A DNA stretch of 64,000 nt from an uncultured Ardenticatenia bacterium. GTDB lineage: Bacteria > Chloroflexota > Anaerolineae > 4572-78 > NAK82. Location: contig CAKZLO010000034.1 of NCBI GenBank assembly GCA_937127125.1, positions 17,257-81,256 on the forward strand, in the 5' to 3' direction. The position numbers and the translations under genes are program-made. Below are positions 38,107 through 48,305 of this stretch, piece by piece (position 1 is the stretch's first letter; every line of letters starts with the position of its first letter). The notes under the pieces were generated by a model that did no database searches, was not told the origin of the DNA, and was given only the letters and a program-made list of their open reading frames with translations.

Positions 38107-39432
38107 ATGCATAATATCACAGTTATTGGCGCTGGATACGTGGGCCTGGTGACTGGCACGTGCTTCGCTGATCTGGGGAACCAGGTTTGTATCCTGGATG
38201 TGGACCAGCAGAAGATCGAAATTCTGCGTTCGGGGGGGATCCCGATTTATGAACCTGGGTTGCAGGAGATGGTGAGGCGCAACGTCGAGGCGGGGCGCTT
38301 GTCTTTTACCACGGATTATACGGAAGCGATTGCCGATGCCGAGTTTGTCTTCATTGCCGTTGGTACACCTGAGGGAGTAGACGGCGACGCTGACCTGCGG
38401 TATGTTCAGGCGGCAGCGGAGTCCATTGCCCGTCATATGAGACATCCTCTCATCATTGTCAATAAGAGCACAGTGCCAGTGGGCACGGGTGACTGGGTAG
38501 CAGACATTGTACGTGCACATCAACCAGAACCAATCGAGTTCGCTGTGGTCTCCAATCCAGAATTTCTGCGCGAGGGGAACGCCATCGCCGATTTCATGAG
38601 TCCAGACCGTGTGGTGCTTGGTTCACTGAATCGTGAAGCAGCTGAAAAAGTCGCGCGGTTGTACCTCAGTCTGCGTACACCCATTATCATCACCGATCTG
38701 CGCACAGCTGAAATGATCAAGTACGCCTCGAATGCCTTCCTGGCAACGCGCATCTCCTTTATTAACGAGATTGCCAATATCTGTGAACATCTGGGCGCCA
38801 ATGTGAAGGAAGTAGCCATCGGCATGGGTTATGACAAGCGCATTGGTCATCACTTTCTGGATGCTGGTATTGGCTATGGGGGTAGCTGTTTCCCCAAGGA
38901 CGTGAAGGCGCTGGCACATATGGCTGCCACGCACGGCACCCATCCACAGCTGCTCAAGTCTGTTATGGACATTAACCAGCATCAGCGTCTCCAGGTAATC
39001 ATCAAGCTGCGTGAAGTTCTGGGCAGCCAGTTGCGTGGTAAGACAATCGGCTTGCTGGGTCTGGCTTTTAAGCCCAACACAGATGACATTCGTGATGCAC
39101 CAGCCATCGAAATCGCGCGCTTGCTTTTGAATCAGGGTGCCCATGTCAGGGGGTACGACCCGGTGGCAATGCGCAATGCCAGTGAGGCGCTGCCTGGCTT
39201 ACAGCTGGCGAAGGACCCTTATGATCTGGTTACTGGCTGTCATGCCCTGGTAGTGTGCACCGAGTGGAATGAGTTCAAACACTTAGATATGGCGCGTATC
39301 CGGGATCTGATGGCACAGCCTTTCATCGTGGATGGCCGCAACCTGTACGATCCTGATGAAATGCGTCGTCTGGGCTTTACCTACCGTGGCATGGGGCAGG
39401 GTTATGGGGCAGAGATGGAAGCGTACCGTTAG
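38107..39432 (+). CDS. ugd: UDP-glucose 6-dehydrogenase
   Basis: 441 aa with [14 protein letters not shown], the catalytic GGSCFPKD, and [12 protein letters not shown]. Confidence 0.9.
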   Translation: MHNITVIGAGYVGLVTGTCFADLGNQVCILDVDQQKIEILRSGGIPIYEPGLQEMVRRNVEAGRLSFTTDYTEAIADAEFVFIAVGTPEGVDGDADLRYVQAAAESIARHMRHPLIIVNKSTVPVGTGDWVADIVRAHQPEPIEFAVVSNPEFLREGNAIADFMSPDRVVLGSLNREAAEKVARLYLSLRTPIIITDLRTAEMIKYASNAFLATRISFINEIANICEHLGANVKEVAIGMGYDKRIGHHFLDAGIGYGGSCFPKDVKALAHMAATHGTHPQLLKSVMDINQHQRLQVIIKLREVLGSQLRGKTIGLLGLAFKPNTDDIRDAPAIEIARLLLNQGAHVRGYDPVAMRNASEALPGLQLAKDPYDLVTGCHALVVCTEWNEFKHLDMARIRDLMAQPFIVDGRNLYDPDEMRRLGFTYRGMGQGYGAEMEAYR

Positions 39433-39460
39433 AAGCTCCAGTTAGGTCCTGTGCAGATCC

Positions 39461-41224
39461 GTGAAAAAGGTTTTCCCTTCTCTTCTAGTGCTTGCCCTGT
39501 TGTTGCCCCTGCCGGCTTGTCAACAAGCTCCTGCTGCTTCTTTACCTGCCGAGCCGCCGCTGCCTGGCTCTTTGATGACTGCTATTATCCCCATTCCCAG
39601 GGATCCGCCTGGCTTCAATGCTTATCTCAGCGATACAGGCTATGAAGAGCTGTTTGGTGAGTTGGTGTACGAAGGGTTGGCGGAGCAAGCTCCCGATGGA
39701 ACTTTCTACCCGAAGCTGGCTAGGGAGCTGCCGACGTATGAAAACGGTGGTATTTCTCCTGATGGCCTCACAGTTATATGGAAGTTGCGCGATCACATTG
39801 TATGGTCTGATGGGCGTCCTTTTACCAGTGATGATGTTCTGTTCACGTATGAAGCGCTGCACCACCCCAATAACCGATTGGCACGTGACACCGGGATTGA
39901 TCTAATTGACAGCGTTGAGACCCCTGATGATTTCACGGTGATTCTACATTATCGGGAGCCATATCCCAACATATGGGGACAATTCGGCGGGCGTGGTGTA
40001 GGTATCTTTCCACGTCATGCCTGTGGTGATCTTGGTTGGATGCTTGGATGGGACTGCAACACCCAACCAGTGGGGACGGGGCCTTTCGTGTTGCAAAGCT
40101 GGGAAAAAGGGAAAAGCATTGTCTTAGAGCGCAATCCGCGTTATTGGCAGACCGGGCGTCCCTTCTTAGATCGCTTGGTCTTCCCGATCGTACCAGATGA
40201 TCTAGTACGCAGCGATATGTTAGCTGATGGCGATGCCCATGTTAACCTGTGGCTGACCCCGGAACAGCTCAAGTACTTGGCGAGCACGCCCGACCTGCGG
40301 TTTCTGACCTTGCCGAGCCGCTGGCTGTTGCGTATTGCCTTCAACTTGGGGGAGCCATTACCAATCTCTCCTAATCCTACTCCAACTGGTCGACGTCGTG
40401 CCACGCCGACCCCATCTCCTCCTGGTCCCAATCCAGCTCTGGCCAATGTGCTAGTGCGTCAGGCGCTCGATCTGGCTATAGACCGTCAACGGCTGGCTGA
40501 CGAGGTTTTCGGTGGACGTGCTCAGCCTGCAGCGAGCGAGTTCTTCCGCGGCTGGGCTATCTGTCCAGAACTAACTCCCCCGGCTTATGACCCCGATGGA
40601 GCCAGGATGCTTTTGTCCCAGGTGGGTTGGCTTGATCTGGATGGCAATGGTGTTGTGGAGGCCCATGGGGTGGCAGCTGTGCCCGATGGTACTCCCCTGA
40701 CGGTGCGTTTCACTGCACCAGACAGCTGGGACGCCCTGGTCAAAGCTCAGAAGCTAGTTTCTCAGATGTGGAAAGAGATTGGCATCAAAGTGCAGACCGA
40801 GATCGTCGGGCCACGCGATTTGCAAGGGGGTTGGGAGGAGAAAGGGCTAGAGGTCATGGGTCAGTTTCAGGTGGATTTATGGGACGATGGTTACCCTGGC
40901 AACGATCCTACTGACTATCTGATCTGGCGCTACGCCTCGTGGTCGGCGCCTGATAAGAGCAATGGCGGTCAGGGAGGCAATGTGATGCGTTTTGCCAATC
41001 CAGAAGTGGACCGTCTGTTGTTGCAGTCACTGACGCAAGTAGACCCATCTCAGCGGCGCACGACGTTCTGTCAGATCGGGCGACTCCTGGCCGAGCAACG
41101 CCCTATGCTCTATCTGGTCTATTTTACTGAGACGCATGCCGTTTCACCTAAGGTGCAGAATATGGTGGTTAATCCTAATGATGCTTTCACCTGGGATGTG
41201 CTCAATTGGCAGACATCGAAATAA
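39461..41224 (+). CDS. ABC-transporter family-5 (peptide/nickel-type) substrate-binding lipoprotein, no cognate permease adjacent
   Basis: 587 aa with a signal peptide and lipobox (LLLPLPAC), and an SBP_bac_5-like core (VWSDGRPFTSDDVLFTY, RNPRYW, VRQALDLAIDR). Confidence 0.75.
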   Translation: MKKVFPSLLVLALLLPLPACQQAPAASLPAEPPLPGSLMTAIIPIPRDPPGFNAYLSDTGYEELFGELVYEGLAEQAPDGTFYPKLARELPTYENGGISPDGLTVIWKLRDHIVWSDGRPFTSDDVLFTYEALHHPNNRLARDTGIDLIDSVETPDDFTVILHYREPYPNIWGQFGGRGVGIFPRHACGDLGWMLGWDCNTQPVGTGPFVLQSWEKGKSIVLERNPRYWQTGRPFLDRLVFPIVPDDLVRSDMLADGDAHVNLWLTPEQLKYLASTPDLRFLTLPSRWLLRIAFNLGEPLPISPNPTPTGRRRATPTPSPPGPNPALANVLVRQALDLAIDRQRLADEVFGGRAQPAASEFFRGWAICPELTPPAYDPDGARMLLSQVGWLDLDGNGVVEAHGVAAVPDGTPLTVRFTAPDSWDALVKAQKLVSQMWKEIGIKVQTEIVGPRDLQGGWEEKGLEVMGQFQVDLWDDGYPGNDPTDYLIWRYASWSAPDKSNGGQGGNVMRFANPEVDRLLLQSLTQVDPSQRRTTFCQIGRLLAEQRPMLYLVYFTETHAVSPKVQNMVVNPNDAFTWDVLNWQTSK

Positions 41225-41339
41225 TTTAGTAAGTTAAGTGTTGATGAGAACTGTGTGCTAGATAGAATGGTTTGCCCGATTGCCCTGAATAGGGCTACTA
41301 TGATATAGTCATACGACGATTGCACAAAGGTTCATCAGG

Positions 41340-42536
41340 ATGAGAGCGTTTTGGCGGAGGTTTCTCGGGTCGATGGGAACAGGCTATGATCTTGTGCGAA
41401 CAGGATTTTGGTTGCGGCTCGCAAATATGGGTGAATGGCTGGCAGTGTCAGCCCTGGTTGTGCTGATAGTGTGTGCGCTGCCTGTTGCAAGTGCGACAGC
41501 ACAGAATGCGGTCGATAGCCACTTGGTCATCCAGACAGTCAGTGGCGGGGCAATTTATGCAGTGGATCTGGACATTACAGGTGACAACCCACGTAATCTG
41601 CGTTATCTGACGGATGGGATAGATGCTGCCCTCTCACCGGATGGGAGTCGAGTGGCATTTACCCGTTGGGATAACCCTTCTCTCGGTGCGTTGGGAAGCC
41701 TGTGGGCTGTCAGCGTAGATGGTACCAACGAGCGATTGATCGCCGATCAGCTGCGGCAGCCAAAGGCACCGATCTGGTCGCCTGATGGCAATCGCATTGT
41801 TCTTAATGTGCAGACGGGCGATCGGCTCAGGCCAGAGCGTAAGTGCAGTAGCGAGCTACCGAGTGCTCCCCTTCTGGCAGACGAGGACGGTGACTACATC
41901 CGCGTAGTGGTCGAGGTAGAAGAAGACGGTGAGGTTAAAGTAAAGTATTGTTATACTTTGTTGCCGCGTCCCTACTGGGGATTGGGTACTATTGACGTGA
42001 ACACCGGGGACTTCGCTGGTCTGCCGCACAGTCTCTTTTCGTATGTGGGAGACTGGGATCCTATCAATGCATGGCGATTAGTCTATCGCGGAGAGCGTGG
42101 GCTGGTGAATCTGGATGTCAATCGTGGAGCTTCTTGGCCGCTCACGGACGACGCCGCGGATCACACCCCTGTTTTTTCACCGGACGGTGCGTACATTGCT
42201 GTGACTTACTGGCAACACGACCATTGGGAAGTCCATCGGATCAATGCTGACGGCAGTGGACGTGTGCGTCTCACCGAGACTTCGCTGCGCGAACTGGCTG
42301 ATCAGCGTCTCGGTGGCAAGGAGCCGCGTTCTTGGAACAATGCTGCGCCGGCTTGGTCGCCGGATGGCCGTTATATAGCTTTCATAACAGATCGCGCCGG
42401 GCGTTGGGAGGTCTGGATAATGAATGCTGACGGCAGTAACCAGCGTCCTCTCCTGCCGCCGGAGATGCAATCTCAGCTTAACATCCGATACTTTGGTGTG
42501 GACGAACGCGTGCTCAGTTGGCGGCAGCGGCACTGA
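41340..42536 (+). CDS. TolB-like PD40/WD40 beta-propeller protein with N-terminal TM anchor
   Basis: Repeated SPDG(S/N/A/R)xxAF/VL motifs (LSPDGSRVAF, WSPDGNRIVL, FSPDGAYIAV, WSPDGRYIAF) and one N-terminal hydrophobic helix. Confidence 0.65.
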   Translation: MRAFWRRFLGSMGTGYDLVRTGFWLRLANMGEWLAVSALVVLIVCALPVASATAQNAVDSHLVIQTVSGGAIYAVDLDITGDNPRNLRYLTDGIDAALSPDGSRVAFTRWDNPSLGALGSLWAVSVDGTNERLIADQLRQPKAPIWSPDGNRIVLNVQTGDRLRPERKCSSELPSAPLLADEDGDYIRVVVEVEEDGEVKVKYCYTLLPRPYWGLGTIDVNTGDFAGLPHSLFSYVGDWDPINAWRLVYRGERGLVNLDVNRGASWPLTDDAADHTPVFSPDGAYIAVTYWQHDHWEVHRINADGSGRVRLTETSLRELADQRLGGKEPRSWNNAAPAWSPDGRYIAFITDRAGRWEVWIMNADGSNQRPLLPPEMQSQLNIRYFGVDERVLSWRQRH

Positions 42537-42656
42537 TGACCAAAAGAGGGCACGCCCACTTCTCCAATCTCAGCTGTGTGTCGAGCAGTGCTAAGTGAGC
42601 TTAGTCGCCGGACCTTTTTCGTCTCTAGCGAGGCTGCTCAGCTGCCGAAGAGGGTC

Positions 42657-43622
42657 TTACCGTCGCACTGCTTCAGCGATTTGTGCCAGCCGTTCGAAGA
42701 GTGGGCCCTCGATGGAAATGTGCAATACTTGTGCAATGACCTGCGTCCAGCCGTGCAGGAAATATAGCCAGCCGTCCTCCACGCGCACGTTGCGGCTTTC
42801 TCTCTGGGCGAGTGCTTGGTGCATAAAATCAAGTGTGCCGCGATAGTTCAGCTCCCAAGCAATCCCATTGCGCGGAAAGAGCCCTGCTTCTGTGATAGGC
42901 GATCCAGGCCGATCCTTACCCATACCAGTAGCGTTAATCACGATGCTACCATCCGGCATTGTAGCCATAATGGCGTCGTTCACACGTGGATCCTCATTGT
43001 GCACATACTCAAAGGCGATGTCAGTGTTGTGTCGGTTTACCATCTCGCGCAGATGATCCAGACGTGGGGTGGACCGATTGACCACCACAATTCGTCTGGG
43101 TCGGTCGTCTGCTTCCTGTTTATTGAGAAAATGCAGTACGATGGCGACAGCTGAGCCACCTGCGCCGAAACACAATACCTCTCCACCAGTACGTGCGAAA
43201 TAATTTTTACCCAGCATCGTGTCCAGACTCATCCCGGCGGTAATGGGATCCTTGGCGTGCCCTTCCAGCGCACCGTTACGCTTGGAAATGCACGAAACCT
43301 CGCTGCATATCTGGGCGTAGGGGTCCAGATAGTCGAACATATCATACGCCGCATTGAGTAGGTCGATCTTGTGGGTAGTGACCAGCGCTCCCAGTGAGAG
43401 GGGATCGTACTTGATCTGGGCTACTGCTTGACGGTAGGCTTCGCGTGTATCGTGGATCTGCAAATCGACCCCCTCAATAACGATCTCCGGCCGGCCCAAT
43501 TCCTTCATCCAGAGAGGAAAAACCTTCATGATAGAGGATTGCTTGGTGGTGACACCGATGAAATAGAAGGTTGGTACCTGTTTGGTAACCACCTCGTATT
43601 CGATCTGGGTAGCGTGTACCAT
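42657..43622 (-). CDS. Divergent shikimate/quinate-dehydrogenase-family protein (SDH-like paralogue)
   Basis: ATG 43622 lies 8 nt after AAGGAG. FYFIGVTTKQSSIMKVFPLW, VTTHK (Lys) and GHAKDPITAG (in place of canonical NTD) are followed by the Rossmann motif CFGAGGSAVA. Confidence 0.65.
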   Translation of the reverse strand: MVHATQIEYEVVTKQVPTFYFIGVTTKQSSIMKVFPLWMKELGRPEIVIEGVDLQIHDTREAYRQAVAQIKYDPLSLGALVTTHKIDLLNAAYDMFDYLDPYAQICSEVSCISKRNGALEGHAKDPITAGMSLDTMLGKNYFARTGGEVLCFGAGGSAVAIVLHFLNKQEADDRPRRIVVVNRSTPRLDHLREMVNRHNTDIAFEYVHNEDPRVNDAIMATMPDGSIVINATGMGKDRPGSPITEAGLFPRNGIAWELNYRGTLDFMHQALAQRESRNVRVEDGWLYFLHGWTQVIAQVLHISIEGPLFERLAQIAEAVRR

Positions 43623-43758
43623 CTTCTGCAGCTCCTTGAAAGAGAATAATACCCTGATTGTGTGTTGAGGCTCTATTATGGAAGAACGACAAGCTGGCAA
43701 TTCGTAGCGACTACAGTGACTGTTTAATAAGCAATGTGTCTGCCTTTTGGCCTTTGGG

Positions 43759-45204
43759 TCATGTCTCCATCCGGAAGAAATGCACAAGCTGTTTTAGTAT
43801 AATGCGTAGGTCACTTCGGAAGGGGTGGATACGTCGGCCAATCATATATCCCTTGAAAAGTTTGTAAATTAATCGATAGAGAGTGTCGCTAATTGGATTG
43901 TGGGGAACTTTAATGAGCAAGCGAATGAATGGTTCCAGCCATGGAAACTCGACACCCAACGCAAACCAACGCTGCAGGTTTTCCATTTGCAAGCGCTCGA
44001 ATGGATCACGCTTGATCAGTGATCTGTCCCAGGCAATTGCACTAATATCCTCCAAGCTACCATCCATTAGGTCATATTCTTGCACAAAGCTACCCAATTC
44101 TGTGCCAGGATACGGCTGGAAGAGAAAGGCGTGGGCATATTTGATCTTCGCCTCGCGGTTCAGCTGCATAGTAGCAAAGTCATCCTCCAGCGTAGCTGTG
44201 GGCAGTGCCAGCATATTGGTTGAGCTAACTGCGATGCCAAACTCATGCAATAGCCGACCAGCCTCCACGATAGCCTGCTGCGACATACGGCGTAACAGTA
44301 AGCCGTTGCGCAGCTGATCGTTAGCCGTTTCAATACCCATGCTGACCGACGTAGCTCCTGCTTTCTTGAGGAGTGCCACCTTTTCGCGTGTCACCAAGTT
44401 GGCACGCACATTGCAGAAAAATGCCACACCCACAGCGCTCGGCCATTTATCGGCAAACTCCTCCAGCCAGTCCTCAAACATAATGAAGAGATCATCCACA
44501 AAGATGATCTGCTCCAGTGGATAACGCGCTTTAACCCACAACGCTTCCTCGATAATGGCATCCACTGGACGCATATAGCCTCGTTTTTCCCTTGGGTAAT
44601 AATTCTTGTACCAAGCATGATTGAAGCAGTAAGTGCACCGGTATGGGCACCCGCGCCCGGCGATGAAAGCCTTAATAGGACGCAGCCGGGTGACTTCATC
44701 CTTGTTATAGATGAGCGCCCGATCAGGCATAGGCAGGCTGCCCAGATCACGAATCAACGGACGCACCGGATTTCGGACAACCTCGCCGTTGACTTTAAAC
44801 CACCAGTTGGCAATGTGAGGATTGAATCCTGGTCCATCCAACGCGTTTGCCAGATCGACGATGGCACCTTCTCCCTCGCCGATGCAAATTCCGTCCAGTC
44901 CATCCTCCATTAACACTTCTGGGAAGAACGTAGCATGTGGTCCCCCGAAGACAGAAATGGGTTCGCGGTCACCCAATGCGCGCTTGATTTTTCTGTTCAG
45001 CTCCAGATAGTAGCGCTGTGAGCCAGTCAGCACCGTGTAGGCCAAAATGTCAGGGCGAAAGGTCTGCGCAGCCCGAACAGCATCCTCCTGCGTAGCAATC
45101 GTCAATGCCACCTCATGACCGGCCTGTTTGAGCACCGATGAGAGGGACATCATGCCCTGTGGCTCGTAGTCGATCTGTTTTTCCACCCACAGAATGCGTG
45201 CCAT
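43759..45204 (-). CDS. B12-binding-domain radical SAM enzyme
   Basis: ~481 aa from ATG 45204 (AAGAGG upstream). The N-terminal cobalamin-binding-like domain has [10 protein letters not shown] and FGGPHATF. The radical-SAM motif is CPYRCTYC (44626-44649). Confidence 0.8.
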   Translation of the reverse strand: MARILWVEKQIDYEPQGMMSLSSVLKQAGHEVALTIATQEDAVRAAQTFRPDILAYTVLTGSQRYYLELNRKIKRALGDREPISVFGGPHATFFPEVLMEDGLDGICIGEGEGAIVDLANALDGPGFNPHIANWWFKVNGEVVRNPVRPLIRDLGSLPMPDRALIYNKDEVTRLRPIKAFIAGRGCPYRCTYCFNHAWYKNYYPREKRGYMRPVDAIIEEALWVKARYPLEQIIFVDDLFIMFEDWLEEFADKWPSAVGVAFFCNVRANLVTREKVALLKKAGATSVSMGIETANDQLRNGLLLRRMSQQAIVEAGRLLHEFGIAVSSTNMLALPTATLEDDFATMQLNREAKIKYAHAFLFQPYPGTELGSFVQEYDLMDGSLEDISAIAWDRSLIKRDPFERLQMENLQRWFALGVEFPWLEPFIRLLIKVPHNPISDTLYRLIYKLFKGYMIGRRIHPFRSDLRIILKQLVHFFRMET

Positions 45205-45347
45205 CTGGTCGCCTCTTTGTGGTGACCCCAATGATGCAGGGCATTGTAGTGCAGGCAAAGCAGAGTTGTCAACGCAACGAGACAGGGGTGCTGAGCGAGG
45301 CCTGGACGAGCGAAGAGAGGCCAAAGAAGCCAGAGGTTTAGTCTCTA

Positions 45348-46904
45348 CTACTCAGAAGGCGGTGACGGAAGAGCAACAAGCTGACTGAACACCTCGCCCA
45401 GCTCCTCTAACAGCGATGCGTACAGCTTCACAAAAGGTTGATAGAAGGCATGGTATTCTGAACGCGGTTCGATGCGTGCTGTCTCCTGCACAAATTGACG
45501 TGCGGTCGCCTTCAAGTCAGTGAAAACGCCGACCGCATAACCAGCCAGTATCGCTGCTCCTTGTACGGCGTACTCCTGACGATTTAGTTGCACGTATGGC
45601 ACACCTAGCACATCTGCCTTGATTTGATTCCATAGCTGGCTGGCAGCGCCGCCACCAATGACACGCACTTCCTTGAAGTGCAACTCTGGCAACAGAGATT
45701 TCTCAATCGCCATATAGGTAGCGTACTCAAAAGCGACCGCCTCAAGCATCGCGCGATAGAGGTGTGCCTTGGTATGACTCCAGGTAAAGCCCAGCCACAG
45801 GCCTCGCAGGTCAGGACGACTCGGACATACACTTCCCCCAAGATGGGGCAAAAAAACGAGCGAGTCGCAGCCAGCAGGCACACGAGATGCTGCTTCATTC
45901 AGCAACTCGTAAACGCTGCGTCCTTGTGCGGCTGCTTGCTCTTTCTCCTCGCGTGCCATCTCATCGCGAAACCAGCGCAAATTGAGACCACCCCCGTTGA
46001 TGTAGCCCAAAGCATACCAGAGGTCAGGAGGAACCAGATGTGCTGTGAACAACGTTTTATGCTGCACGTCTGGCACATAGCGGTCTGTGCATATTGAAAA
46101 GACAGAGGCAGTGCCAGCTACATCCAGGGCGATGCCCGGTTCCACCATTGCAGCTCCTAACAATCCAGCAGCTTGGTCGCCGCATCCAGCGGCGATAGGC
46201 GTACCCGCAAGCAAGCCACAATCGCGTGCAGCATCCTTGGTAACCCGACCGACGAGCTCCCAAGGAGAGACGATGCGCGGCAGCTTTTCTGGTGATACGT
46301 CAAATAGGGAGACCAGCTCAGCATCCCATGTACACCTGACCGTGTCGCAGAACGAGGCAAAGTTAAGATGGGTGTAATCGATATAAGCTTCATCGCCTTT
46401 GAGGCCAGCCATCCGCCCAGCCACATAACATACCGGCACCACGAATTTGTGTATACGGGCAAACACCTCCGGTCGCTCGTGTTTCCACCACAAGATTTTG
46501 GGTCCGTGGCAGTAACTGGGCGGCCCCCCGGTACGTTCTATTATGAGGTCAGCGTGGGGTTTCATTAATTCGATGTAAGGCTTGCAGCGCGTGTCCAACC
46601 ATGAGTCGTAGGGCGTGGGAGTGTTCCAATCAGCATCCACGGTGCCAATGCCGGCCATCTGTCCGTCAAAAGCAATTGCTGCTACATCGCGTGGTTGGAT
46701 ACCACTCCTTCCCAAACATTCCCGGATGGTGCGCACGGAGGCAGCGTAGAAGTCATTTGGATCCTGTTCCACCCACCCTGGACGTGGATAGTATAGAGTG
46801 GATTCTTCATAGGCGCTGGCAATCAGGTTGCCAGACACGTCGAAAATGGCTGCCTTGGTGCCGGCTGTGCCCAGGTCTACTCCAATGAGATATGGTGCAC
46901 CCAT
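45348..46904 (-). CDS. FGGY-family carbohydrate kinase (xylulokinase-like)
   Basis: 518 aa with the N-terminus [18 protein letters not shown], followed by GCGDQAAG and VIGGGAAS motifs. Confidence 0.85.
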   Translation of the reverse strand: MGAPYLIGVDLGTAGTKAAIFDVSGNLIASAYEESTLYYPRPGWVEQDPNDFYAASVRTIRECLGRSGIQPRDVAAIAFDGQMAGIGTVDADWNTPTPYDSWLDTRCKPYIELMKPHADLIIERTGGPPSYCHGPKILWWKHERPEVFARIHKFVVPVCYVAGRMAGLKGDEAYIDYTHLNFASFCDTVRCTWDAELVSLFDVSPEKLPRIVSPWELVGRVTKDAARDCGLLAGTPIAAGCGDQAAGLLGAAMVEPGIALDVAGTASVFSICTDRYVPDVQHKTLFTAHLVPPDLWYALGYINGGGLNLRWFRDEMAREEKEQAAAQGRSVYELLNEAASRVPAGCDSLVFLPHLGGSVCPSRPDLRGLWLGFTWSHTKAHLYRAMLEAVAFEYATYMAIEKSLLPELHFKEVRVIGGGAASQLWNQIKADVLGVPYVQLNRQEYAVQGAAILAGYAVGVFTDLKATARQFVQETARIEPRSEYHAFYQPFVKLYASLLEELGEVFSQLVALPSPPSE

Positions 46905-47020
46905 TGCATGAATCCTCCGTGATTTTGGCTGTACCTTGTCCTTATGCCAGCTTCCTTGGGCAACTGCTTGTTGAGAGGCTGAAGGAGAGCTCGCTCAGGA
47001 TCAGGATGTTCACTGAAACA

Positions 47021-47956
47021 TTACCTCTCCATGAACTGTTCGATGTCCTTACTGGGCAAGCCGTAGTGTGATACTAGAGCATCCAGTACTGCACGCAAAT
47101 CAGCAGGGAGTGGTGCCTCCAGCGAAAGCTGTACTCCCGAAGGGTGTTCAAAGGAAATCTGCCATGCGTGCAGAAACTGGCGTGGCATGGGCACCTGCTC
47201 GCGCCGGCGACCGTACACCCGATCACCTGCCACTGGTATGCCTAACCATGCCAGGTGCACACGAATCTGATGTGTACGCCCTGTCTCCGGCGTCACGCAG
47301 AGCAGAGTATACTCGCCCAGTGTGGTTAGCTGCTGATAAGCGGTACGCGCTGCACGGCCTCCTGGGATGACCGCCATGCGCTGGCGCCGGCGCGGATCAC
47401 GCCCTACTGGCGCCTCGATAATCCCATATGGTGTTGGTGGACGCCCGTGAACCAAGGCTAGGTAGCGCTTCTGAACTCGGTGTTGCTTAAACTGTGCACG
47501 TAGGTGTTCCAACGTTCGCTCTGTCTTGGCGACAATAAGCAGGCCAGAGGTATCGCGGTCGAGACGGTGGACGATCCCAGGACGGTTCGTATCATCTGTC
47601 GCCAGAGCGGGACAGTGAGCCAACAGTGCGTTAACTAGGGTATTATGGGTGTGACCAGCTCCGGGATGCACCACCACCCCGGCTGGTTTGGCAACCACCA
47701 ACAGGTCAGAGTCTTCATAGATAATTTCCAGGGGGGATGGTCGGGCAATGGGTGGTGCCTCGGGAGAAGTCTGAGGAATGCGCAGCGTGACATGCATACC
47801 CGCCTCGACCAGCATACCCGGCTTGCTCGGTCGTCCATCAACTGTGACCAGACCGGCGCGGATAAGTTGCTGAATACGTGAGCGCGAAAGCTGGGATAGC
47901 ATGCGCGTCAGATACCGATCGAGCCGTTCACCCGAGTGTTCAATTGTCAACTGCAT
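47021..47956 (-). CDS. rluD: RluA-family 23S rRNA pseudouridine synthase (RluD-like)
   Basis: An S4 domain (RLDRYL...SRSRIQQLI) is followed by the catalytic HRLDRDTSGLL and THQIRVHL. Confidence 0.85.
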   Translation of the reverse strand: MQLTIEHSGERLDRYLTRMLSQLSRSRIQQLIRAGLVTVDGRPSKPGMLVEAGMHVTLRIPQTSPEAPPIARPSPLEIIYEDSDLLVVAKPAGVVVHPGAGHTHNTLVNALLAHCPALATDDTNRPGIVHRLDRDTSGLLIVAKTERTLEHLRAQFKQHRVQKRYLALVHGRPPTPYGIIEAPVGRDPRRRQRMAVIPGGRAARTAYQQLTTLGEYTLLCVTPETGRTHQIRVHLAWLGIPVAGDRVYGRRREQVPMPRQFLHAWQISFEHPSGVQLSLEAPLPADLRAVLDALVSHYGLPSKDIEQFMER

Positions 47957-48011
47957 GACCTGATGGCCCTGCACGAAAAGACGTCACCCAATCCAGACGA
48001 GTTAGCTAAGA

Positions 48012-48305
48012 TTATTTATTTGTGTCTTTCCCAGAATCACCCACCCCGGCGACACGTGCCAACATGTGACGCATCACACCGGATTGAGAGCCTCCAGCAT
48101 TGCGATAAGCTCGCTGGCGCTGCAGGAGATGGTGAGTCCTGAGCAAACGGCGCAAACGAGAAAGGCCAGATGCTGGCTGTGCGCGCAACCAGCGGCCGAG
48201 AAGGGCAGCATGAACCCCGGGACGTGTCCAACTGCGACGTGCTAGCTCTGCAATTTTCTCCAAGGTGTTCAAGACGGTGGGATCACCTATGTCCTGTTCG
48301 TTCAT
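48012..48305 (-). CDS. Hypothetical Arg-rich 97-aa protein, ATGA-coupled to lspA
   Basis: An ORF fills the lspA-rluD gap, and its ATG at 48305 overlaps the lspA stop. I recognise no motif, and high GC could generate it by chance. Confidence 0.3.
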   Translation of the reverse strand: MNEQDIGDPTVLNTLEKIAELARRSWTRPGVHAALLGRWLRAQPASGLSRLRRLLRTHHLLQRQRAYRNAGGSQSGVMRHMLARVAGVGDSGKDTNK

